Source: Hydrolagus affinis (Eukaryota). Taken from it: a stretch of 64,000 bases of DNA. The position numbers and the translations under genes are program-made. The notes under the pieces were generated by a model. The model was not told where the DNA came from and made no database searches. It was given only the letters and a program-made list of their open reading frames with translations. How positions within the stretch are numbered: the first letter of the stretch is position 1; every line of letters begins with the position of its first letter. The stretch is taken from NCBI GenBank assembly GCA_012026655.1, contig JAAILG010001088.1, positions 1 through 64,000 on the forward strand, in the 5' to 3' direction. This document shows positions 50,168 through 62,010 of the stretch, one piece after another.

Positions 50168-50446
50168 ATAATAATCCTTGCATTTCATGTAGCACTTTTC
50201 ATGTCTTCTAGAAGTCTCAAAGCGCTTCACAGAATACTCTGTAGAGTGAATTGACTATATATGTCGGTGAAGTGCGGTAGCCAATTGTGCACAGCAGTGT
50301 CCCACAAACAGTCGTGGATTGAAGTGACCAATCTATATTTTTTTAGAGGGATGTGGAATAAGGAAACTTTCCCAAGGTTTCAGCCTTGCCTGGAATCGAA
50401 CCCAGGTCTTTCGCAGGTAAGGTGAGTGCTCTAAGACTGAGCTACA
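50168..50446 (-). mobile_element. tRNA-derived SINE
   Basis: AATAATCCTTGCATTTC...ACTGAGCTACAG. Confidence 0.88.
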
Positions 50447-50810
50447 GCCTTTAACATATTTGTATTTTCTACGTGTATTATATGTATTTTTATACCATGT
50501 GAAATGCTATCGCATGTAAAATGTCTCAAAGTTCTTCAGACATAAGTGCTGTCAACTAAGTCTGCTAACTATACATGTAGGCAAACATGGCAATTATTTG
50601 CACAGGGCATGGTACCACAAACAAGTAAGAAATGAATGACAATAAATCAGGAGGATTTGACCAAGGGAGAAACTTTTTTCGAATAGAATCATGGACTCCT
50701 TTACATTGCCCGAAAATAGGGAGTATTTTAATTATTAACACATTAGTGTAATTGTATCACTTACCATACTGTGCTCCCCCAATAGTGTTCTACTGTATTT
50801 TGTTATTTAA

Positions 50811-50932
50811 TGGTATCAAAGGATATAGAACAAAGGCTGGTAATTGGAGTTGAGGTATAGATCAGCCATGATCTAATAGAATGGCAGAACAGGCTTGAGG
50901 GGCTGAATAGCCGATTATGTTCTGTTGTTCCT
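50811..50932 (+). mobile_element. CR1 3' UTR fragment
   Basis: GATCAGCCATGATCTAATAGAATGGCAGAACAGGCTTGAGGGGCTGAAT is typical of shark CR1 3' ends. Confidence 0.7.
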
Positions 50933-51954
50933 ACCAGAGTGGAAGCCTCAACTCCAAGCTCAATCCACTACCTTCTGAACCAAGAGTGCCACCAACTCAC
51001 CACTGTCTTGTCAACTTGTTCTAAAAATCATTACTCTTCGTTGCACTTATTAAAAGTGGTCTTGTGTTGAGTTGCCACTCACATTGCAACCAAAGTCACG
51101 ATATGAAGGTAAACTTTCCTTCACTTGTTTCCAGTACCTGCAAACCAGTCAAGATGTTATTATTTTATAAGAGAGTCACATTTTCTATTTGTTTTTCCTC
51201 TCCGAATGTATTTGGGAGTATTGCTCTCCATGCATGACCGTGAGCTTAGTTCAATTTAGGGACACAATTCTGGAAGATGAGAATTGCAACAGTAAAGTCC
51301 TGTTGTTTTTGTGATTTTTTTTGCGCACTATGGGATGCCACTCACAGCATCCATTGCATCAGTCTTACATCTGAGACAATCAAATGTTGAGAACTCAGGG
51401 CCTCACAAGCGGGGGCTGCAAAACAGATCCACCTCAAACATGTTGGATGGCATCCAGGGGATGTTCTTGGTGTAAAAAACCATAATAATACAACCGGTCA
51501 TTTTCCAATCCACGACTGTTTGTGGGACACTGCTGTGCGGATTTGGCTGCTGCGTTTCACCCACACATAGACAGTCAATTCACTTTACAGTATATTCTGT
51601 GAAGCGCTTTGAGATGTCTAGAAGACGTGAAAAGCGCGATATCAAATTCAAGGATTATTATTATTATTATTTTATGATAATAGCGCCACGGAATCTTTAA
51701 TGCCCACCTCAACAATAATCATGTGTTTACTGTTAAGCAGTTTATGAAAGCTCACTCGTGGCTCTTGACTGTTTTAAGGCAAAAGTATAAAGTCTGTGAC
51801 CCCAAAAATTCAGATCAAATGACGCTGGGTCATGACCGTCACTGTAGGATTAGTTCAAAGAGGCAGGTCTGACACAAAGACCTTGCAACTGCAATTGAAC
51901 CCTTAAGCAATGATAAATGGCTTTCGTTTTATTTAATTTACAAAATCCAGCTAA

Positions 51955-52433
51955 TTCAAAACTCTGCCGCCCGCATACTCACCCGCACCAAGCTTCGCTC
52001 CCCATTACCCCGATCCTTGCCAGACTTCACTGGCTCCCTGTCACTGAGAGGATCGACTTCAAGATCCTCACCCTTGTTTTCAAATCTCTGCACTGCTCTG
52101 CACCCACCTACCTCTCCGATCTTCTCTCTCCCCAAACCAGCACCTGCTGCCTTCGCTCCCCCAGGTCTAGCCTCCTCCATGTCCCCCGAATCCTCCGCTC
52201 CACCCTCGGCGGCCGTGCCTTCATCCACCACGCCCCAAGGCTCTGGAACTCCCTTCTTCACTCCCTTCGCCTCGCCCCCTCTCTTCCCAGTTTCAGGTCA
52301 CAGCTAAAGACCTTTCTCTTTGACTGCGCCTTTGGTGCCCTTTCTACCCTTGCCCCTGGCTCGGTCCCGGGATCCGCTACTGTGAAGCTCTCTGAGAAGC
52401 CGTCTGGTGTGGAGGGTGGAAATTGTTGCTGTT
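51955..52433 (+). mobile_element. L2-clade LINE 3' end (ORF2 C-terminus and 3' UTR)
   Basis: Translates [62 protein letters not shown], the typical L2 ORF2 end. Confidence 0.92.
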
Positions 52434-52580
52434 AATGTATCATTGTATTCTTCAAGCCTCGCCTCAAGATTCTCCTCTTCGATGGTCCCATGTTCCCAGT
52501 AACCTGTCCAGCGCCTTGGGACATCCTCCTGACGTGAAAGGCGCTATACAATTGTGATTTTGTTGTTAAAATGAGATTCT

Positions 52581-55130
52581 GTTTTATCACACCCTTCAGT
52601 TTGATCTAATAAATCCTCATAAAATAACTGACAGACACAAAGGAGTATAATTGATTAACGATTATTGATCTCTATGTAGAGCACAGACACTATGTCAAAG
52701 GACTACATGTACATGAACTCCACCTATTGCAATACCTGCTGACATAATTAATGGTAAAACATCTACAATCTGGTAGAAATCAGAGTTCAACAGTGTTGTT
52801 TACATCAGTACTCCCTGTTAATATTGTAAAAAGAAATTCAAGGATTATTATAATTAGATTATTAATTTTTATTATATTATTGTTGTAAAAATCTAATTCA
52901 AGGATTATTATTATTATCATATTATTAATTCCAGGCCTTTCTGACAGGATTGTGGCGCTTCTGTCAGTGGTGGAGATTGTGCTGCTGTGGACTCAACTGA
53001 GAGCCCTTTTTGCCAACACTCAATGTTAGAATTAAAAGAAGATGGTTTTAAAGGCTTAAAACCTGGTGGAATTGTGGCTTGAGAGTTTACCACTCCATTT
53101 TGGTCATCTTTCATTATTCTTCGAATGCAATGCTATTTGAGTGTTTTGATGTCTTGCATTCAGTCCTTCATATGGGCAAGGAACAGCAGTGGCAGGTATA
53201 CATATGAAGATTTTTATCACTCATCTACCCAGTGCAAGAGTTAAAGAATGGGGTTTTAGACAATCCTGACCTATGCATACCATCAACGTTAGTATTATTT
53301 CAAAGATTAAGGGAATGGTTGTTTGACATTTTGGTATTTTACGCTATTTTGTTGTTGGGTTAAATTGTAATTCCTGAAATATTTCTTTTCAATTTCACTC
53401 TTTTTCATCTTTTGAAGGCACTAGCGCTGTACAATGCCGAGGATGGACACCGAGCGAGAAGGGGGAGGTGACCCGTAGGAGTGGTTGAAGTCTTAAAGTA
53501 ACATTCATTAGATCCCGAGATAACTTAGCACAGACTTGCACTGAACTTTTCACGTATCAGTTGGTACACCTTAGTCTTGTACCAGGCGGTTCCTCTATCA
53601 CCAGCCCATCCAGGAGGATTAAATATACTGTAAACAAGATAATTATAATAATAATCCTTGCATTTGGCATAGCGCTTTATCATGTCATCAAGACATCTCA
53701 TAGAGCTTCAAGAACAACAACAACTTCGATTTATATAACGCCCTCCACGCCGGACGGTGTCTCAGAGCGCTTGAACTTTTCTATGAAGCTGGGTTACTAA
53801 GCTTCAGAGAATATACTGTACTGTAAAGTGATGTGACTGTGTACTTTGTGGGGACAACCGTAGCCAATTTGTACACAGCACAGTCCCACAAACAACCATG
53901 GAGTGAGTGACCCCCCACCCCCACAAAAAGTAGAATCAATCTACCACTGTTTGTGGAACACTGCTGTGTGCAATCGGCTGCCACATTTTGCCCAGAAAAT
54001 ATACAGTCAATCCACTTTACAACATGTTCTGTGGAGCGCCTGTAGACGTCTCAACGGTGTGATAAGGCGCTATATTAAATGTAAGGATTTTTATTATTAC
54101 TAGGAAGCAAAAATGTTCCGAGCGGGAGAAATACAGGATTAAATAGTTGGGACAAGTTAATAATACCTCTTTCCCCCTCTGCTCACCCAAAGATTTCATT
54201 GTAAAATGTCAGATAGAGGGAACATCTTCCACTAATTGCTTTCCTCTGAGGTGAGGTTGTCATTTCATGAGAACCACTGGAACTCCAGTGTGTTCATTGA
54301 CAGGGAGGTGTTTGATAACCTGTTCCCTTTTGTTTTCCTGCAGGATAGCTGGGTTACTAAGATTGCAAAAAAGCCACAGACAGGAATTGTTGACCAAGCC
54401 CACAAATAAAATTGCCGAAAGCGTCAATCACATTTTACAAACAAAGAGACCGCAGTGACCCGAAGCTACATCACAAGTAAAGAAACGATAGGTTTGCTTA
54501 TGTCAGCCGGGCTCTGATTACTGCTGGTTCAAAATGTTGTGGGTTCAACCCCCACTTGGGCACTTGAGTTCAGCATCTAAATTGATGCTCCGCTGTAAGA
54601 AGTGGAGAAAGGCCACATTGCCAGAGATGCTGTACTTGAGATAAGAGCTTAAACAAAAATCCGAACTGCCCGTCAAAAGTCCTGTGATGGTAAAGATCCC
54701 ATGGACACTATTCAAATTGATTCTTCGTCAGCAAATTAGTCATGAACCTCATAACCTTTACTAGTGCTGACTGTTGTGTTGTACTACAAAAGCAGTCATT
54801 TCACTTGACTACTGACTAGATGTGAAAAATTAAAGAACATTTTCATCTAAACTGGTGTTACAAAAAAAAATTACTTCTACAATATTAACAGGGAGTACTG
54901 ATGTAATCAACACTGTTGGAATCTGATTTCTACCAGATTGAAGATGTTACATTTTCATTATTTATTGTGTCAGCGGGTATTGCAATAGGTTGAGTTCATG
55001 TACCTGAGTCTTTCGACATAGTGTCTGTTCTACTACATAGAATTCAATAATTGTTAATCAATTATATTCCTTTGAGACTGTCAGTTATTTTATGAGGGAT
55101 ATTAGAAAAAACTGAAGGACGTGATAAAAC
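52581..55130. repeat. Inverted duplication, arms 52581-52838 and 54869-55130
   Basis: For example TACATCAGTACTCCCTGTTAATATTGTA versus TACAATATTAACAGGGAGTACTGATGTA; colinear over ~260 bp. Confidence 0.9.
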
Positions 55131-55176
55131 GCTATCTTATTATACAATGATAACTGTATCATTATACAATTATACA

Positions 55177-55411
55177 TTTGACTGTATATTTGCGGACAAA
55201 TGCGGCAGCCAATTGTGCATAGCAGTGTCCCACAAACAGTCGTGGATTGAAATGACCAATTTTTGAAATTGCATTTTTTTGGGGAGGGATTATTATTAGG
55301 CGTGTGGAGTAAGGAAACTTGCCCAAGGTTTTGCTCTGACCAGCCTGGATTCGAACACAGGTCTCACACTTATAAGGCGAGTGCTCTCACCACTGAGCTA
55401 CAGGACTCCAC
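55177..55411 (-). mobile_element. tRNA-derived SINE, tail missing
   Basis: Body and head in reverse complement, ending CTACAGGACTCCAC. Confidence 0.88.
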
Positions 55412-55638
55412 AAAGTCTATTCAAGAAGAGAAGGGAAGTTGTGTGTTCTGGCCAACAATCTCCCAGTTACAATTGGTCTTGGCTGTTTGTGGTGGGACAT
55501 TCCCCTGAATAAATGGTCTGCCACGTTCACCCATATATACACAGTCACAGATTGAACATTACAGTAAAATCCTGGAATGCTTTGAGGCAGGCTACAGACA
55601 TGACAGACACTGTATTAAGTGCAGAGATTACTAGTACT

Positions 55639-55675
<37 letters not shown>

Positions 55676-57847
55676 CCTCTGTCAATGAGTTGTCTAGATC
55701 ATCATTTACCTAATGGAGCATCGAATAACTTGTCTATTATTTCATTAAGGTGAAGAAATGTTGTTGTAAATCTTTTCAACCGAAACAGATGATACTACTA
55801 CGAAAAATAATGCTGTACATGCAATTGACATAGCACCTTATCATGTCTTTGAGACACCTGAAAATGCTTCACAAAATATACTGTAAAGTGAATTGACTTT
55901 ACAGTATATTTTGTAAAGTCAATTTTGTTGTTGTTGTTGTTTTCAGGTCCCATCTGAAAACCTTCTTCTTCAACTGGACTTACGGCCACCTCCCCACCCG
56001 TGACTCAGAACTCTGCCACTGTAAATGCTCTGAGACACTACCCTAAATGGTGGTGGGGGGAAGGGAGGGCGCGGAGGAGGTGGGTGGGGGGGGGCGGGGG
56101 GGTGCGGTGGGGGGGGGGGTTGGTGCATGCTGTTGTAGTTGCTGTTGTTGGTGGTGGTGGTGATGGAGCTCCAGGATCCTGCTTGTCCTTCGTGCTTTCC
56201 GTTCTTCCATCAGTGGCCTCACTTTCAGCCACTATGTCCTGAAACTCTGGAACACTGTCTCAATCCCTCTGCTTTGCTCCTTTCTTCCCCATCTTCAGGT
56301 GGCGCCTGAAAACCTTGTTGTTGTACTGAGGCCACAGAGGTGGTGGTGGGACGGAGGAATTATTCACCCACTCCCTTGGACTCAGGATAATAGTTTGCGA
56401 ACCGAAAGCTGCCCTTATTAAAGGATCACTGTGTCCCGACCATAAATTACAGGGGTATAGCAGAGGATTGTCTGTGAGAATTTAGGAGGAAGGGCGACTG
56501 CAACAATCTCAAAGGACACAATAAAGGCTCAATTTGCACAGCCCTGCCTTTGTGCTACAAACAATAATATATGGGTATTTTATCTATCACCTGCTGAAAT
56601 GACACAAAGTACTGTACTTCACAAAATGCATTACTTTGAAGCAGTGATGTATGTGCAAATGTGATCTGCCACAACACCATGTCACAAACCCCACTGAGAT
56701 AAATTCCCAAATGTAATGGGTTTTCTAGCGAATTGGGACGAGGACGGAATATTGGCCAAGATAACACAAGAACTCCTTGCTCGTCTTCCAAACAATGCCA
56801 TGGCATCTTGAACAGCCAACTGAGATAGAATCTTGCTTTTACAGTCTCTTCTGAAGGCGGCATCACCGACACTGCAGCACTTTTAAAATCACATGGGGTT
56901 ACAGGCCGCAGTTTTCTAAGGCAGATCATTAAGAAAGACAAGTGGCAAGTTTCCAGCCTCTCCTGCCCTCTCTGAGCTCTTCTCTAAGCTCTCTATAGCT
57001 CTCCAACCCCATGGAGAATCTTTGATGTGGTGAGCCTCAGGCTTGAGGCTCTGCAGTTGACACTCCTGCAGAGACACAGAAGGACTCGATGATTATTGGT
57101 GGCTACTGCAGGTTGATGCCGGTCAATTCAATGAGAGCATTGGCTCGGGGAATCTGCACTCAGCCGCAGACAGGTCCCTGTCACAAATATTTACAAAGCG
57201 CGTAGAGCACATCAACAAGGCCAGGTAGCACAACCAATCCGTGGCATACTGCACGCGAGCCACCACCCATTCCTTTTCTCTCCCCTCTGTATCCTTCTAT
57301 TTCACAATTTAGCATCTCAACCAAAATTAGTTGTACATTCACAGCCTTACTCTAGGTAACTATTCTCTTCAACATGTGATTCAACCTCTTACAGCAGTAA
57401 TAGGCTGAAATTCCAATCCGCAATATGTCTAATAACTTTGATGATGACGGCTGCTAATGGGATTCCCACTGTAACCAGCCATCACCAAAGTTGCTACACA
57501 TAATAATGATAATTGGAATTGCGGACCATCTGGGAATCTTGCCCCGTGGCTTAGACTTCCAACCCTTATCTGCCAGCCCATGGAAACCACAGTAATTAAG
57601 GCTATGTGTGCAACTGAATCCATAATTTTGTCTTGTTTCTTTCCTGAATACAGAAGCTGCCCTTTAACCAGCCGACTATCCACAAAAGCTTCAAAACAGT
57701 CATTTGGAGATTATCAAAGGTCTATGATTATGATAAGCACATAAGGACATAAAAGATGCGGGACAAAGTCCTGGCGGTTGCACGCATATAAATCCCAAAC
57801 TACCTATGTACTATGTACCCCATAATATTATTTCCTAATTCATGAAG

Positions 57848-58122
57848 TGGAGTCCTGTAGCTCAGTGGTTAGAGCATTTGCCTCATAAATGAGAAACCTG
57901 GGTTGGTTTCCTGGCAGGACAAAACCTTGGGCAGGTTTCCTTACTCCACAGGCCTCTGTTTATCCAGCGGTATGTAGGAACCCAGTTGTTAATCAAATGG
58001 TGGATTGTTTCCGGAGGTAGTAATTAGTTAAAAAAAATTGTTTCACTTTACAGTATATTCCGTGAGCCCTTTGAGACATTTTGAAGACGTGATGAGGCTC
58101 TACATCAAATGCAAGGATTACT
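57848..58122 (+). mobile_element. tRNA-derived SINE (longer subfamily, internal deletion)
   Basis: GGAGTCCTGTAGCTCAGTGGTTAGAGC...GCAAGGATTA. Confidence 0.85.
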
Positions 58123-58427
58123 AATAGCAGTAGTAATACCCAAGATTATTTCCAGGAAAGGTTAAGACTATTTATTGCATTGAATTCATAAAATTATATA
58201 GCACAGAATTATACAGCTCTTTGAAAATTCTCTGATTTGGGAATATCTGGCAATATCACACCTCTGCTTGAATGTTACATTAGGAATTGAGCCAAAGATC
58301 TAAGCTGATGATCCACTGCAGTACTGGGAAAGTGCTTGGTTGGAGTTGTCACTCTTTAGTTGAGATGGTAAACTAAAGTTCTGCCTGCCTGTTCAAGATT
58401 TTGTGAAAATACTAGTCAAAAATTACT

Positions 58428-58745
58428 GTGGAGTTCTGTAGCTCAGTGGTTAGAGCACTCACTCACCTTACAAGTGTGAGACCTGTGTTTCAAGTCCAGG
58501 CAGGTCAGGGCGAAACCTTGGGCAAGTTTTCTTACTCCACACGCCTAATAATAATCTATCCCCCAAAAAAACTATAATAAATTGGTCATTTCAATCCACG
58601 ACTGTTTATGGGATACTGCTGTGCGCAATTGGCTGCCGCATTCGCCCACAAATATACAGTCAATTCACTTTGCAATATATTCTGTGAAACATTGAGACAT
58701 CTAGAAAAAGTTAAAAGCGCTATATCAATTGCAAGGATTATTATT
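58428..58745 (+). mobile_element. Full-length tRNA-derived SINE
   Basis: Head, body and tail all present. Confidence 0.9.
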
Positions 58746-59852
58746 TTTATTAAAAAGCCTTTGGATAGATTAATTCACTTCATGGCTGTGTGTGGAAATC
58801 TTACTACCCGAAAATAGCTGCCACATTTGCCTACAACAACAGAATTCTGTGACAACAATTTATACAATTTATGACTTTATACTCCCCAAATTAGATATGA
58901 ACATGATTAATGTAATCACATTTACACAGTGGATAAATACACTAGGTCAAAAGTACTATAGCTCATTGAGCTATAGTACTTGAGAGGTTATTTCGTTCAT
59001 TCTGAAGTCAAAGGGGGAGAGAACCTGAGGCCAGTTCATATGTAAAAAAATATGTTTGCCTGAGATGTTACAACCATGAGCTGTATTGGGAAAGTGGAGT
59101 TTGAATGGTTGAGTGTGTTGCTGTCTAATATGTTTAACTATAACCATAAAGTGCATTTTAATAGAGGTCAAGGTCATTTATATTTTGCTTAGGGCAGCAA
59201 AATATGCCCTAAGCAAAATCTAAATGCTTATATCTGACACATGCAGGGGGTCATCACAATGAAAAGAGTATCTGAACTAGATAGAGTTCCACATATGTAT
59301 GCCATCTACACATTGGAAATTTCATTATGTCTGGAATAGAATCTGTTTATCTAATCCTGGAATCTATTTGGTGCAGGTTGATAAGAGCTAAAGCTTGGTG
59401 TAAGAATCCCACTGCTGTTCCATCTAGGACCAAAGTCTATTAGAGCTTTGGTTTGCAGGATTAAAAGGTGATAAATGGGATGAATCTTTGTTTATGCTGA
59501 TTGGTTTGATTCTTCAAGTCCTCCCGATGAGCCAGGCTAAGTGGTCTGTCATCGACAATGCCTGGCCTGGAATAGGCTGGCTGAGGAACGAGACTGCTGA
59601 GACGGCCACAGTGGGTTGGCTCAATTCCAATATTCCATTGTCAAGAAAGTCATCTTGGAACCAGCTTGCCTCCAAGGAGAACCCACTTATCTCTCCCCAC
59701 TCCCTATAAGGAGAAGGCTATTCAGATCAGGAGGCTCTGTTTATCCCCCTTTCTAAATCAAGGCGGCCAAAGCCAATTTATAGTCCCAACTGCTGTGGTG
59801 GTTGAGATCAACTGACAGCACAGATCAGGGTGCAATCTTTCAGATTCTGTGT

Positions 59853-60485
59853 ACATAGAATCGTAGAATCTTATGGCACAAAAGGAGGCCATTCGGCCCA
59901 TTTAGTCTGTGCCGGCTCTTTGAAAAGAGCAATTCAATCCCACTCCCCAGCTCTCTCCCCATAACCGCTCAAACCTGTCCTCCCCAAATAAATGTTGTCA
60001 TCGAATCGGCCTCCACCACGTTTTCAGGCAATGCATTCCACATTTGAACAACTCGGTGAGTGAAAACATTTCTCCTCACCTCTCCCTCTGCTTCTTTTTG
60101 AAACTATTTTAAATCTGTGCCCACGAGTCACTGATGCACCCACCAGTTTTCCCCTGTTTACTCTGTCGAATCCCCTCATGATCTTGAAAACCTCTATTAG
60201 GTCTCCTTGTTACCTTCTCTGCTCCAACGAGAATAAACCTAGCCTCTCTAGCCTTTCCTCATAACTGAAGTCCCTCATTCCCTGTACCATCCTGGTAGAT
60301 CTCCTCTGTACCCTTTTCAATGCCTTAACATCCTTCCTAAAGTATGGTGACCACAATTGAACTCTAGCTGAGGCCTAACCAAAGTTTTATAGAGTTCAGT
60401 CAGAACTTCCTAACTTTTGTACTCTTTAGCCCCTATTTATAAGGCCTAGTGTCCTATATGCTTTTTTAACAGCCTTGTCTACATG
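59853..60485 (-). mobile_element. CR1-clade LINE 3' end
   Basis: Minus strand reads GMRDFSYEERLERLGLFSLEQRR*QGDLIEVFKIMRGFDRVN and ends in the CR1-type octamer tail GATTCTACGATTCTAT. Confidence 0.92.
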
Positions 60486-60622
60486 GGAATACTAACTGAT
60501 CCATCTTCTCCTTTTAGCCCTATTTTACTTCCTGAATCTCTCTCTTTGAATTTTACTTATTTTATAATTTATAAAAACCTATTCCACGACACAGTAACTT
60601 TACAAATTAAGCTAGAACCCTG

Positions 60623-60893
60623 TGAAGTCCTGTAGCTCAGTGGTTAGAGCACTTGCCTTACAAGTGAGAGACCTCGGTTCAAATCCAGGCAGGTCAGGGC
60701 GAAACCTTGGATAAGTTTCCTTACTCCACATGCCTAATAATAATCCCTCAGAAAAACAATAATAAATTGGTTCATTTCAATCTGCGACTGTTTGTGGGAC
60801 CCTGTTGTGCGCAATCGTTTGCCGCGTTTCATCCACAGATGTCTAGAAGGTGTGTAAAGCGCTATATAAAAAGCAAAGATTATTATTATTATT
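60623..60893 (+). mobile_element. tRNA-derived SINE
   Basis: GTCCTGTAGCTCAGTGG...GTTCAAATCC...GATTATTATTATT. Confidence 0.88.
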
Positions 60894-61398
60894 AGTGAAC
60901 CCATTTCTTCTCAGACTTTTTTTTCTGACTCTTGGGACCCACTACAACAAACAGCAACAACAAAATTACATTTATAGAGCGCCTTTCACTTCGGGAAGAG
61001 TTAATCACTAATTAAGTTTGGAGGTAGGATGCCATTTCAATGATAAAATTGTCTTCTAATTTTATGTGGTTGTAATGTAGTTGTGATCTTGGCAAACTTT
61101 AACCTTGTCAATTTCTCAATCAGATTGTATAGGACGAATTACATTATTGTGGCACGGCACGGGTTAAAGCTCATTTTAAAAATGAGTCACTAAATTGTTG
61201 AAGTGAAACACAGGAGAACCAGTGAAATAGTGGGAACACAGAGTACCTTAGATAATGATAAACTTTGTTCAATTGGAAGCACAAACTAAACTGAACTTTC
61301 AACTGCAAAGCAACAGTCAACAAAAAAAAGTACATAATTGGAAGAAATCAACTATTTTCGTAGAGACCACTGAGCAAGCTTCAGGAGAAGGACAGAGG

Positions 61399-61458
61399 AT
61401 GGAGGAGATACAGGAGAACCTGGCAGTGGTGGTCCATGCTCCAGAAGACCTGAGACTG
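61399..61458 (+). CDS. SORD: Sorbitol dehydrogenase, first coding exon; later exons not found in the window
   Basis: Kozak AGGATGG; MEEIQENLAVVVHAPEDLRL|gtaatc. Matches the SORD N-terminus (human NLSLVVHGPGDLRL), including the phase-0 intron right after DLRL. Only 20 aa of evidence. Confidence 0.8.
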
Positions 61459-62010
61459 GTAATCGCCTTTTCCCCTTTTTACACTGTGTGGGTAGTGATC
61501 TGAGTAAAGCTGCCAAATGTTAACAAATTGCTCCTGGAACTCTCATCCCCAAATCCGTCTGCCTTTTACCCTCTCTCCTATTTCCCAAACCGCGGTAAAA
61601 ACCTAGCTCTTCAAGTATAGCGATCAATATTATTATGGTATGAATTATGACACAAATATTCATTTGCACTCCCCACCACCCCCACAAAGAAAAGTATTCT
61701 CTTTCCCAAGATTTTGTAATAATCGTAAATTATTAATTGGATTCACCCTCGTATCCTGCCCCTTACTCTGTTTCCAATTCCGTCTCTACAAAATACTTCA
61801 ACAACACAACAACAAAATTACACTTATAGAGCGCCTTTCATACGCTTTCAGGACGTCCTAAGGCGCTGAGATGTCAAGTTCAAGATGTCATCCTACATGA
61901 AACAAGCTGTATAAGTGGACGTTGTTGTTGAGAAACTGGCACAGACAAATTGCACTTTCATGTATTTATTTGCTGAAGATCTTTGGGAGTGAACATCAAA
62001 AGAAGGGAAC

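Noticed and set aside
51917-52435. 172-aa ORF as a host gene
   Set aside because: It is the C-terminal remnant of L2 ORF2, 5'-truncated and frameshifted.
53787-54361. 15-bp direct repeat AGCTGGGTTACTAAG as a target-site duplication
   Set aside because: The intervening sequence is a mix of SINE pieces and unique DNA, not one element; a small local duplication is as likely.
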